Made by a program: the position numbers and the translations under genes. Source: Chrysomallon squamiferum (taxonomy: Eukaryota; Animalia; Mollusca). Taken from it: DNA of 64,000 nucleotides. Shown in pieces: positions 1 through 14,168 of the stretch. A model generated the notes under the pieces. It was given only the letters and a program-made list of their open reading frames with translations. It did no database searches and was not told where the DNA came from. The DNA lies in the NCBI GenBank assembly GCA_012295275.1, contig CM022674.1:13516001-13580000 (forward strand), in the 5' to 3' direction. Numbering within the stretch: position 1 is the first letter of the stretch; every line of letters starts with the position of its first letter.

Positions 1-331
1 TGGATCCTCCTCTCTTTTGTTTTATTTATTTTTGTTGGTATTGGTGCTGTTGTTTTTTTTACAGAAATTGCAAAAAGATTTATTTATTTATCCAGAAAAT
101 TAAAAAAAGGCTTCATGTAAACAAAAATGTTCCCAAAACTGAACTTTCCCCACCTTCCTCCATTCTAGATTTATCAAGTAAATAAATGTATAACCTCAGT
201 AAATCATACACCTCTCCAATCTGAACTTTTTTACTTGGTCCAGATGCCTGTTTGCTTTTGAAAGGTGTCTTCTGCTTTGGATTTAATCCTGTATAAAAAT
301 GATTTAATTTTTTTTAATATTTTAATTTCAG

Positions 332-562
332 AGTGAGTGCACCAAAGTTGATTAAAATTCCCAGCAATGAAAGAGCGAGTATTTCTCTTGTTCAGACCAC
401 TGAGACGAGATCCGACACTTTGCCCTTCAGTCCAGACAACAGTCATGTGACCAGCTCACAGGCCAGCCAGGGAGCAGGGGAGATAATTCTCGGTGACTCG
501 CAGTCAGTGGTTAAGGAGGAGACGGTGAATGGAACACAGGTTCAGGACAGTACAATAGCAAG
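332..562 (+). CDS. TP63: p63/p73-like transcription factor, internal exon preceding the SAM domain (gene begins upstream of the window)
   Basis: Acceptor tttcag|a at 330-331. Reads VSAPKLIKIP...VVKEETVNGTQVQDSTIA. Donor AG|gtctgt at 563 (phase 2). DSTIAS aligns with p63 DCSIVS immediately before the SAM exon. The gene could be co-orthologous to TP63 and TP73. Confidence 0.8.
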
Positions 563-688
563 GTCTGTGTTTGGTGACACTTCATAGTTGTTGTTGTTAT
601 TATTATTATTATTATTATGATTATTATTATTATTATTATGGTAGTGATTACTGGTTTTAATTCAATGATAGTACAATTTGTTTGCCAT

Positions 689-884
<196 letters not shown>

Positions 885-942
885 TCTCTTGTCATCATCA
901 TCATCATTATTATTATCAATATTATTTATGCAAATGTTCTTG

Positions 943-982
<40 letters not shown>

Positions 983-1027
983 GTTTTGTTGTTGTTTTAG
1001 TTATTATTATTATTATTATTTTTGTTG

Positions 1028-1121
1028 TTTCTTGACCAATCTGGGGCTGTCTGCATACATTGACAACTTCCACCAGGCAAACCTGTTCAGCATGTGTCAG
1101 CTGGTTGATTACACGTTAGAA
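1028..1121 (+). CDS. TP63: p63/p73-like SAM-domain exon (94 nt)
   Basis: Encodes (S)FLTNLGLSAYIDNFHQANLFSMCQLVDYTLE, colinear with human p63 [31 protein letters not shown]. Perfect donor GAA|gtaagt at 1122. The acceptor is atypical: TG at 1026-1027, nearest AG at 999-1000. Confidence 0.85.
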
Positions 1122-1746
1122 GTAAGTGTGGTGGACAAAACAAATTAAGAAAATATTTTAAAAATACACATATGATATCTGTTAGACTTGAACACAGAGA
1201 TGGTCTTTCACTTCTCTTCCCATTCACAGATGTGACAATGATACAAAATAATTGTCACGTTTTTCAAAAATAAACATTTGATTATGTATTTGTGTTTGTG
1301 TGCGTGTGTGTGTGTGTTGTTTCATTACAACAGAAACAAGTTTATAGAAAGCTTGTGTATTTATTTTAAAATGTATTCTGTTAAATTCAGCTCAGAATAG
1401 TGTATTATTTACTGTCTTAAAATGAACAGTTGTTAAATTTTAGTGAAAATATATTTTTTTAATTGATAATTAAAATCTTTTTGATTTCATCATTTTGCTG
1501 CAGATACTTATTCTTTTTCTTTTTATTATAGTTTCTTATAACTTATTATTATTATATTTTATTATTGTCATTATTATTAGTATTATTATTATATTTATTA
1601 TTATTAGTATTATTATTATATTTATTATTATTGTTAGTATTATATTTTTTATCATTATTATTACTATTATTATTATTAGTATTGTTATTATATTTTTATT
1701 ATTAATGTTTTTATATTTTTAATGTTATTATTTACTCCTGTTGTAG

Positions 1747-2022
1747 GATTTGGCTACAATGAAGATTGGAACAAGCCATAGGAACAAAATCTGGAAATCA
1801 TTGCTGGAGTTCCGCAACACTCAAAACTACGTGGCTGACAATACCCAGTCGATGTCTCGCATCAACAGCTCTGCCTCCACCATCAGCATATCATCGCAAA
1901 ACAGCATCTCCCAGAACAACGCCTTCTGTCCTGGCTATTACGAAGTCACGCGGTACACGTTTAAACACACCATCTCCGTGACAGGTCGCTTCGACCACAA
2001 TGTGAAGAAGGAAAAAGTGTAA
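1747..2022 (+). CDS. TP63: p63/p73-like terminal exon (end of SAM plus transactivation-inhibitory domain)
   Basis: Acceptor ttgtag|GAT. [23 protein letters not shown] matches p63 [36 protein letters not shown] matches the TID (RFTLRQTISF). Terminal VKKE is a SUMO-type motif. Stop TAA at 2020-2022. Confidence 0.92.
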   Translation, partial: [91 protein letters not shown]

Positions 2023-3164
2023 CATTTGGGTACTTCTACAATGGCTACGTTTATTTTTATTTATGTTTTTTGGAATTTTTTGAAGAAAAAAAATGTTAAA
2101 AAAAGGTGCAAATACATTACAAGTGCATTTATAGAGAAACCTGGTGTAAACGTTTTGATGTGTGATTCGTTGTGTAAAAAGATTTTTTTTTTTTTTTGAT
2201 AAGCAGGTTATTGTTATTGTGTGTTCAGAAACGAAAGACAAGTGGTTTTTGTATTTAATTTTATATTCATTTGGTTTTGTTCCTACCTAAAATACGGTTG
2301 GATAGACTTTGATAAACTATACTGCTTGTTAAACTTTTTAATGTATTTAAGACTGCTATATATTCTTATTTATTTACTTTATTTTTATTTTTTATTTTAT
2401 TTTTTTTTAATTTTTTTTTGGAAGTAATTTACTTTCAGACTTATCCAAAGACTATAATAATAATTTTCAGTTAAAGTTTTCAGATATATTTACACAAACT
2501 GAAGAATTAAAAACCTTGCAGACTTTATCTGTATTTAAATTAGTTTTACAAAACAGTTTGGACTGATTCTTTGTTATCTGCTCCTTGTTATTATGACAGA
2601 GCAGATGTCTGAACCTTTTTCTGTTTGGCTTACAAATTTGTCTCCAACATTCCATTTTCATTTTTAGTCCCAGGTTGGGTTTCTGTTCTTTAATCTCAGA
2701 GTTCCACCTCCTTGTGTTGTATTTAATCTAAAATAGCATGTGAAAAACTTCACCAGAAGTGGAATAGAGTATTTCACATGAAGTTTGCCTGGCATAGAAT
2801 GACCTGTTGGAACTTCATGTGAAGTGAAGATTGGATGACTTCATACGAAGTGAAAAACTTATCCTTTCATTTCAAGTGAAGCACTTAACACTTCAAAAGA
2901 AAACTGGATATGTCAGCTTCCTCCTTGAAGCTGTATGCACTTCAAGTGAAGTGCAGCTCAAATAATATAAAGTATAACTGGAAACTGCCCAATGTAAAAT
3001 GTTCAGTCAATTTAACTTAACTCTACACAGAAAATGGAAATGAAAAATAGCAACAGCTTTTTTCCACCCTAAAGATTAAACCATAAAGACTGTTGAGATA
3101 AAAAAAAAAAAATTCTTGCACATGAAAAACAAAATTAAACATTCCGACATTAATCATGTCTAAT

Positions 3165-3240
3165 GTGCATATAAAGAGCATCTTGTTGCTTATTTAAAAG
3201 AGTATATCATGAAGTAACAGCAGGTTCCTTGTCTCATATC
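3165..3240 (+). mobile_element. Degenerate SINE-like fragment (3' portion)
   Basis: gtgcatataaagagcatcttgttgct...aaaagagta...cagcaggttcct resembles, from memory, the body of an abundant gastropod SINE. A similar remnant lies at ~55700-55845. Not database-verified. Confidence 0.4.
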
Positions 3241-4339
3241 ATTGTCAGCTGTATGTCTTTGTCTTAAGTGACAAACAGCATACTGGGCTGGTCAGTTTGT
3301 GGGTGTTAGAAGAGAGAGAGAGAGAAAAAAAAAAATGTATTTTGTTAATTTAATACTGCCTGGTTTTTATCATTTGTATTTTCCCAAAGAATTTTACTCT
3401 ATGGCATATGTAAGGTGTACATATTTCCGTCCATTGAAAAGTAAATTGTTTGCTTCTTTTATTCCGTGTTGTTAAAGAAAGTATTTTTTAATTCAGTGTT
3501 ATCATTTTGTTGTGTATTAATAATCATAATTTTACTGCATAAATCATTACTGGATATGTTGATACAAAATGTTTTAATGAAAAATCAGTGTGTGTTTTTT
3601 TTACTTAGTTTTACAAGTAGTTGTTGTAGTAATTGTTATCTTAATTTTTTTTAATTTTCTTTCTTCACCTGATTCATACTTGAGTTTTTATTTTTTTTTT
3701 GTTTGTTCTTTAGTTATTTTATTTTTTGTAACACTTTTATTTTATTTCTACTTTGTTTTTCATTCATTTATTTATTTATTTACTCTTTCAAGATTTTACT
3801 GTTTTATTTTGATAAAAATTCGAAACTTACTCCTTTTATTTTTTAAATTAAAAAAAAAAACGTTTGGTGTTGTTGTCAAACTACATTGCTGGCAAACATT
3901 AAAATTTCAGAAAGATTTATTATAGAGGTGTCCAGAATGCAATATAGGTTTGTGAAATGCACTATGCAGAATGTTAGATTGATTTATTAGGTTTGTGTAT
4001 TACTGACATTGTCTTAACAAGTATTTCTTAAAACCAAATCTTCCCTTAGAAGTCAACATTTTTTTAAAAAAATATTTGTATTTTAGAAGTCATTTGATTA
4101 TTCTGGAAGTGTGGTAAAAATATGCAAAACTGATTTTGTTGTAAAATGATTTGAATGATTTTTATTTCATTTTTATTGTTTTGCTTTGTCGGAAATCTAG
4201 TTACAGAAATAATAATGATGATGATAATTCTGTTGTTTTAAAAAGTTTTAATTTATCATCGCAAATTGCTGCAATAATATAGTTTCTGAAACCATTGTAA
4301 ATTAGGTAATTTTAATATTATATAGATGTTACAGATTTT

Positions 4340-4703
4340 GTAACCATGGCAACAGTACAGTAATATATATATTATAGTTGTGGATTATGGATTGTTATAA
4401 TATTCATCATCAGCTTTTGTATTACAATATATTAAAATTAATAAACTGAAGTGAATTAGTATCCATGGTAACCCAGTAAATATACTAACAGTTTTAAAAA
4501 ACAACCATGGAAAACAGGGCAGATTAATAAGAAATAATTTGACATTAACAAAAATAATAGTTTTTATTACTACTGTTAAAGTATTTAAAAAAAAAAAAAA
4601 AAAATTAAAAAAAAATAACTGTAAAATTAATATGTAGATTTAGTAAATAATGGTTAATTAGGTCACATGAATAAGTTAAAAGGGCTTTTGTTACCATGGT
4701 AAT
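4340..4703. promoter_or_regulatory. Cluster of RFX X-box-like palindromes
   Basis: GTAACCATGGCAAC (4340), GTATCCATGGTAAC (4459), AACCATGGAAAAC (4503), GTTACCATGGTAAT (4690). Confidence 0.5.
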
Positions 4704-7043
4704 TTTTAAATGCAATAGCTTTAAGTAAGAACTAAATTATGTCACATTAATAAATTAACACGTCACTATGACGATGTCCTCAATAAATGCATACTGCTGA
4801 ATAATTTACCACTGCCAGTAACAAGCCTCGTTTTGAAATCCGTGTCACCGTTTGTGACCTGCGTCATTTACATGGGGTCAAGATTAAAACTTAATTTGGA
4901 CTAAGAATTATTTTGTGTAAAATTTCAAGTTTTAATCTTGAGCCTGTAAACAGGAGGCTTGAAAAAAAAAGAGTAATATATGGGTTTTGTGAATATTTAA
5001 TTAGTGAAGATTTCAGTATTGTGTATTTTTTCATGATCATTTTATACCTGTTAATAAATCGTTTGATTGTTGAAATGTATTATCAGATTATGACTGTGTG
5101 TGGCAGAAACAAGGTTAGTTAGTCGTTGTTTCTGTAACTGTTTTTAACATTTTATAATGAATACAAATGTGTGCAGTGAATGTTTATATTTAAAAAGTAA
5201 TCATGCATAAAAATACAAATAATTACTGTTTAAATTTGTGAATAATCAAGCAGAATGGATATAGCAGATGCTCAGCTTGCAGCAAGATAAACCATGAATT
5301 CAGATGTAATGATTAAAAAAATATTGAAAAAAAAACAACCAGAAAATAAATAACCATAAAATGTTACATAAATACAAAAACAGTAAATGATTGTTTATAC
5401 AGCGGAAATCAAAATGAACGATTGATGTAGTAAATTTTAAAAATAACAGTTTATTTAACCGAAATAAAAAATGACAAAACATTTTTAATGTAAATAAATT
5501 TGTTCTGCAAATATTTTTATCCTAAGAATCGCATATTTTAGTTATGTGTATTTTAAGAACAACTTTTAATTTTATGTTGAAAGTATAGCAATGCAATATT
5601 TTTTATTTTTTTTATTTTTATTTTTTTAATAATGTGTGTGTATTAATAAATACAAATAAATAAATCGTATCACAGAAATATTTGTCAAAACACACAACCT
5701 CTATTAAAGTATATGGTATTTGCTGCCCTGCACATCAAGTTGAATATTGAGATAATTTTTTGTTAGTAGGAGAGCGAACTGTCAAAGTGCACATATGGAA
5801 ACTGATATTTATTAACAGCATTCTCTTGTAATAACCAAACAAAAACTTTAAACGTGAGCAAATGCTCATGAAAGAAACTTTCATCTGTGCCTTTTTGTCA
5901 TGTCTGGTGTTGTATTGGGAACAGCGGTAACAATCTGAAATGTTCTTTTATAGCTAGATGTTTGTGTGTGATCTAGAGTGCCTGAAAGCAGCAAGACGTC
6001 TGTTGTTTGAGTTGAAACTAAGTTATTCTGCCTGGCTTTGATTCTGTTGTTTTGTTTTTCTTTCCGAGAGGTGCTAAGTTGTGCCTTTTATAATGACATT
6101 CCAGTCAGATCTCTTGTCTCACTGTCTGTCTGTCTGTCTCTCTGTCTTTTCTATAAGATTTTAAATTTATTATTATTATTATTATTATATGATTTCCTTT
6201 CTCGTCTTTTTTTTTCATTCTTCGCTTCATTCCCCTCTCCCCCCCCCAGTTTCTTGTTTGAATTGTTTTTACTCAAATTTTATCTCCTTTTCAGTGAACC
6301 AGAAAGTATTTGACAATTTCAGTCAGCTGTCTCCCTGTCTCTCTGTCTTTTCTCTTCTCAATATCTTTAAAAAAAAAGTGGGGGGCGGAGAAAATGGTGC
6401 ACTAACAAACAAGAATTTTATTCCATTATTTTTTTAATTTTTATTATTTTTTTTTTTTTTTTTTTTATTTGTTATTCAAAAAATATATATTTATTTATTT
6501 ACTTACAATTTTTATATATTGTACATGTTCATTTTTTGTTTGTTACTGTAAATGCCTTTCCTTTATGTAACAACACAAAGATACCACATCTTCTACGTTA
6601 TTTAATTTATTTTTAAGAGTGAACGTTTGTCATATGCAAGCATTGACGCATAATAATATTTATATGTGCATAACATACGAACAAATGTTAACACAATTAT
6701 ATTCACAATACATGTGTTTTGTAACCACGTAATCAGAATTCATAGCATAATTTAAATATAATTTAACAGCCCACGTAAAATAATAATAACAATAAACGTA
6801 TTATGTGTGTGTGTTTTTACAAATATTAAACCATTGCTCTTATATGTAAATTTGTCATGGAAATACCTCGTATCTTTTCGTGGTGGCTTTCAACAAACCG
6901 ACTGCTCACGAAAAGTCACGAGCTATTACGAAGAAGGCCGAGAGCATACGATATTGGCTTCTTCTGGTTTCGCAATCGGTGGTTTCTGGGTGGAACCTAC
7001 AACTGTTTATTAAATATGTATATTCATTTATTGCTAACATTGC

Positions 7044-7083
<40 letters not shown>

Positions 7084-8324
7084 CATTATCAAAATAGGTA
7101 TGTAAGATTTGTATTCTGTTTTGATGTTCGTTATTTAATGTTTGTTCTATCAAAGTATGCAACAATCGATACCACTGATCGAAAACCTGTTTCAGCTCAG
7201 ATACATCACCAATCATGTCATTGCATATATAAATATACAAAAGTGTGTTCATAGACTTTTCGCCTTTTCATTGCTTTTTCTATACATACAAACATACCGA
7301 TATTTTAGAAATAAATTTCTAAGAAGATATCATTTGTTGTTGTTTTTCATATATTGTTATTATTAGTTGCTTCTTTTTTTTCTACACCAAATATGTCAAC
7401 TTAAATTTTCACTAATACAGGCACAACTATATACATGGGGAAAAATGACATTAATTATTTGATTTTCTATATATATATATATATATATATACAGAAATGT
7501 AAAGTTGAACAGCTATACAAGGATATCGCCTTATCAGTACACAAGACCCCGATATCGTCATTCAGTACCTAATTATACTTTGTTTACCACAGCCAATACT
7601 CTTAAAGCACGTGCAATATTACCTTACAGATACGGAAAAGTTGCTCATACAGTGATATATTTAAAACTTAACTTGATATAAAAAATAAACATATACATGC
7701 AATTAATCACGAGAATATATGTAAAAAATATATAGGTGCAATTTATCACGAGAATACATATTTAAAAAATATACATAATTAATCACAAGAATGACGTCAT
7801 GAGTCAAAAAAAAAAAAGGGCGGCTCTTTGTTTAACGGATTAAGAAATATCTATATACATTAAATATGATTGTATGACACGTAACTAATGCGTAATATAA
7901 CAAAAAGAACGACAGCTCAAAAACAGATTAATATTAACAGTATATTTCATCCCACCCTCGTTTACACCCTCCCCAGAATCGCACCTGAAATAAATGAATA
8001 TTCATTACCTAATATAACGGATTAAGTAAATGTTTACACATGTAAATATTTTGTGTTCTTTAAAATGAGAGAGAGGGAGGGAGAGAAAAAAAAAAAAAAA
8101 AAAAAAGAGTATGACATGTTCTAAATATATAACTAGTATAAATTTATACTCGAATACACTCCTAAAATAACTTTTTACAACTTTTACACGTGGGTGCGGC
8201 TGATGTGCCTGAGGGGATTCGCAGACTTTAGCCAATGAGATTTTAGTTAAAAATCACGTGACCTGTGATACTTTTCTTTTTTTTTTTTTTCTTTTTTTTT
8301 TTTTTCTTTTTTTTTTTTCTTTTT

Positions 8325-8357
<33 letters not shown>

Positions 8358-9136
8358 TTCGGTTCTTTTTTTATTCTTTTATTTTATATTTTTTGTTATT
8401 TATTTATTTATTTATTTATTTTATATATAAATATATGTGCATGGTTTTGTAAAACAGTGTATTCTTCTCTATTGTTACGTTTTAATCAAGCGAAATATTC
8501 ATGAAAGAAGTAAAATTCTTGAAATTAAAGTCATAATCAGACTATTTTCATTCCATATCTCAGTCTCAGTTTCTCTCACTTTATTCACATTATTCATTCT
8601 TTTACTATAAAAATATTAAAATCTACAATTACTATCATCATCATTTTCATTTTGTTTTATTTATTTTATTTTATTTTATTTTATTTTATTTTATTTTATT
8701 TTTAAATGAAAGATACAATTTCAGTAAACGATTTTTTGCTACGAATAAAATAAATACGATATCAGTAAATTCGTTAGGAAATGGATGTAAAACGTTTAAC
8801 AGCAGCAACATTGACACACACACACACACACACACGTACACACACACACACACACATGCACACAGACACAAACACACACATTCAAATACATACAAATACT
8901 CAGTAAACTGCAGATTAAAAATTAAAATATGAAAAATCAAATGAATGAATGAATAAATGAAACAAAAAAAAAAGTGTGTAACTGTACATTACATTGAGAT
9001 GTCAAAGCGCAATAACTTGTAAGGACAGGTGCAGTCTTGTAACATGATGTACAGTGTTCTTTTTTTTTACAGGATCATGTTTAGTTAATCACCGTGTTAC
9101 GAAAAAAACCAACATTAGACAGAAATAAAATATAAC

Positions 9137-9299
9137 CAGTGAAACTTCTCAAACCAGAGGTTACCAACCTGGAATTCTCCCAGAAGCGAACGATGTTGTT
9201 ATAAAAAAAAATCTACACATAAAACCTCATTAAACTGGACACCTCTCCAAACCAAACTTTTAACTTGTTCAGACTATTTAGTTTCGAGATGTTCCGCTG
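9137..9299. mobile_element. Degenerate Tc1/mariner (pogo/Tigger-like) MITE
   Basis: Imperfect terminal inverted repeats cagtgaaacttctcaaac / gtttcgagatgttccgctg followed by TA; internal aaac(c/t)gga-like subrepeats. Confidence 0.5.
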
Positions 9300-9335
9300 T
9301 ATAATTAAAAGATTTGGGTAGCGAAGAGAGAGGGG

Positions 9336-9853
<518 letters not shown>

Positions 9854-11500
9854 AGATGGACGTGTCACATTATTTACAGATTTATATAATTATCTGACAA
9901 TTCAGAAGATGAAAATATCATCTGACTGCTTTTGTCAAGACTGGGTTAGCATTCGACTGGTCCACTTGCGAACAGCAGATAAATCATTATCTTGTGTTAT
10001 GTTGCGTAACAGCATTAGTAGAAGTTGTCGAGCCGCCAGCTTGTTATTAACATAATTTATGTGTGCCGGCAGAGGTCGTGACTGAAACTATGTTAAATAA
10101 TGTCGCTTTTCTGTTCTTGATCTTTCCTTGTCCTAATATGCCCGAAGCAAAACAAACACACAAATAAAAAAAATAAAAAAATAAAAAAATAAAAAAATAA
10201 TAACAATAACAAAAACAACAACAACAAAAAGAAGACATTTAAAGATTTGGACTGATGTTGGAAATCACAAAGTGTCCTGTGGTAACAGTTTTTGGAGTGA
10301 AGTGCCAAACTATTATTCTGTTTTGTATAACTGTACGTACCGGTATATTATAATGACAGACGGTAATATTATATTGAAAACGAAACTTTTCAACCCCTCT
10401 ACTCTTCGAACTGAGGGGACAAGAGGTAATAAGATACATCTTCTGGAATTATTAAATACACAGTCCATATCAAACTGTTTTCATTTTCCACTGTCTGATT
10501 CCACTTCTGATTTATATTTTAAAAAATGTGTTTATTTTATTTTCAAATTATGGGAAGGTGCATACAACAGATCGTTTGCTGCTAAACCATAAGGGTTTTT
10601 GTTTAATCAGCGTATTTCTTCTCTAGATCAAAATTAGTCCAAATTTAAAAACAACACAATTAGATGGCTGTCTGGACTGTAGTTCTGGCTCTGAAATCCA
10701 AACACAGAAATGTAATTTAAGATTTTTCAGATTAGTAATGGATACATCGTATAAGTTAACAGCTTGCAAATGAATAATTTCAGTTTAACAATATAAAAGA
10801 ATCAGCTACAGTCTTACACCGGTGAATGTCCGTTTATAGTCAGACTCCATAATTTTTGATATTTTTGATCAGTATTAATCATTAAACTTATTACAAACAG
10901 ATATCTGAGTACGATACTTTTATGCTCGTTATGCAAACAGTTACCGATGTATTTGTAGAGAAAATTGTGATAACGCGGGTTATGAACTTTTCGATCGTAA
11001 TTCAGACATAAGCCACATCAAGATGGCGCCCGTAAAGCGTTGTCAGGAAATGGCCGGAGGCCTCGTTTTGGTGTGATAAACATAAAGATTGATGGTACAA
11101 GAAAGCCGCGTATAGATACATTCGCTTGTCTTTTGCCAATGCTAACATGTCGGACATTCTGAGACGTCACAGATATTTTAACATTTTTCGTAATTTTCAA
11201 GAGATTTACTTCTTCGTGTTTGTGGAAAGATTTCAAGGACCATTTTAGACCGTTGATAAAATACAAAAAGACAAAAACAAAAGAAAGAAAGAAAAAAAAA
11301 AAAAAAACCCGACTGTAACAAGTAATGCAACCAACGTTTTAAGGTGATTTAAAGGTGAGGGCATTATTTTCTTGATTATCATAACCAACATTTTGTTTTT
11401 ATTATTTATTTACCTGCTGTAACGCTTTACTGTTTATAACACTTTTAAACTTCTGAAAAAGAAGAATTGATTATTATTATTCAGCTCTCTCATAAATCAT

Positions 11501-11983
<483 letters not shown>

Positions 11984-13577
11984 TTATATGTTTCCCTGAA
12001 GCAATGGCCGGAACGTGAAAATGTGGATTAGAATACTGATCCAGAATAAAAACCAGTATGAAAGGGATATATTTCCATCACTGTACTAGATGTATCGCGG
12101 GTTCTGCCATTAGTATTTAGATTTAAAACTCAAATAAAGTTTTTTCTCTTCAGATAACAAGTTTATGTTGAGGATAAAAACGCAAAATTCCATTTATGAC
12201 GTCATTACGCAGAAGACTGCCAAATGAAAGGGACATAATGAAACTTTGCCTCTGAAATGTGTTTAAATTCACTAAAGGTTCACGCACGTATGTCTCGGCA
12301 TATAGTCCAAGATCCCGAAATCTACCAGTATTAAGTATAAAGGCGCAAGCAATAGTTCGTGGAGACTGAAACTTTAGAAACACTTTTAATTAAAATTCTG
12401 CAACGGTGGCCTTGAACTCGCGACTACTAGACCACTATTGAGAGTAAGTATTGTCTCATTCCCATCAACAACACATTGTTATCACTGTAAAATTTACAAG
12501 TGACAGTCATTGTTTTAATAGCAACATGCAATAGCAGCAGTAACAGTATTAGTATTAGTATTAGTATTAGTAGTAGTAGTAGTAGTAGTTATTATTGTTG
12601 TAATAATAACAGTAACAGTAGTAGCAGTAGTAGTAGCAGTAGTAGTAGCAGTAGAATGGTAGTTGTAATAGCAGAAGTATAATAACTGTATTACTAGTAG
12701 TTGTAGTAGCAACAGAGTAGTCGTAGTCGTAGTAGTAGTAATAGCAGTAACAGTACTAAAAACAGTTGTAATTTTAATAATAACAGTTGTAATAATAGTA
12801 GCAGTAACAGAAGATGCAGCAGTAGTTGACATACTGGGTATTGTTAGAGCAGTGATATTACAACGACGTAGTAAATGTAACATGGTTATTAAGCACTGCA
12901 CACCTGCACGCGCAGCCCCGTTCTCCACCACATTCCACGCATACGCAGAGATGACAAACACTGAAGATTAATTCTTTCAGAGGCACATAAAACTAGCTGA
13001 CGCAGACCGCACGACAAATGAGTTAACCTCATTTCTGTCAAGTCACGCTATTTTATACATACATATATATAATATATAATATATAATATACATACATATA
13101 CACACACACACACAAATATATATATATATATATATGGTTCTAGGGCATTTACCCCTCCCGGACATTTCTCCCCGGTCATTTCCATCTAGGATATTTCCCC
13201 TCATATATCTGGATATGGATGTATATATATGTATGTATGAATGTATATAAATACGCACATAGATATACTTATTTATTATACATATATACATACACATAAA
13301 TGCATATATATGTATGTGCATATATATGTATATCACATATATGCATATATACATATATTCATAGACATAAATACATATAGATGTATATATTTATAGATGT
13401 ATGTATAATGCATGTGTGTATGTGCGGCCATGTATATACGTACACACCCAGTTATGTACATGGTATTTTATTTTATTTGAGCTATATAAAATATTAAGTT
13501 ATATTTTATATGCCATTGCACGACATTCGTCCATGAAATATTTATAAATATTAGAGAAACTGGGCGTGGTGTTGGAT

Positions 13578-13598
13578 TAACATGTTTCAGGCATGTCG
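13578..13598. promoter_or_regulatory. Candidate p53-family response element
   Basis: TAACATGTTT-C-AGGCATGTCG: two RRRCWWGYYY half-sites with CATG cores, one mismatch each, 1-nt spacer. Confidence 0.4.
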
Positions 13599-13741
13599 TA
13601 ATTCACGCGCACAGATTAGGATTAATGAATTCAAGGATTAGTTAGAAAAACAAGATATTCAAAATATACTGTGATGTTAACAAAATATTAGATGGAATAC
13701 ATCTGGCATGTTTCCAGCTAGTTTTTATTATTATTATTATT

Positions 13742-13779
<38 letters not shown>

Positions 13780-14136
13780 TTAATTTGAATTTATTTGTTT
13801 ATTATTTTACTTCTAATGAAAAAACAGTTCCACCACCACCACAACAAAACAAATAACACAGCAGCAGTTTTTTTTTTTAATCGTTGTGACGTCAGTTCGT
13901 AAAACGATAGCTATAGGCTTACTCCCTGTTTTTTATTTTTTTATTGTATGCGGAGATTTGACTGATTAACTGTCGGTGAATTATCATAGGCAATGTCTGT
14001 GCGTGTAAGCGTGCGTACGTACGTGTGTGTTAATTTATAAATTAAAAAATAAAATAAAATAAAATAAATAAATGACGTCCAAAAAACACAGCCAAAAACA
14101 ATAACTGGACATCTCAGTATTGTTATTTGGCAACCC

Positions 14137-14168
<32 letters not shown>

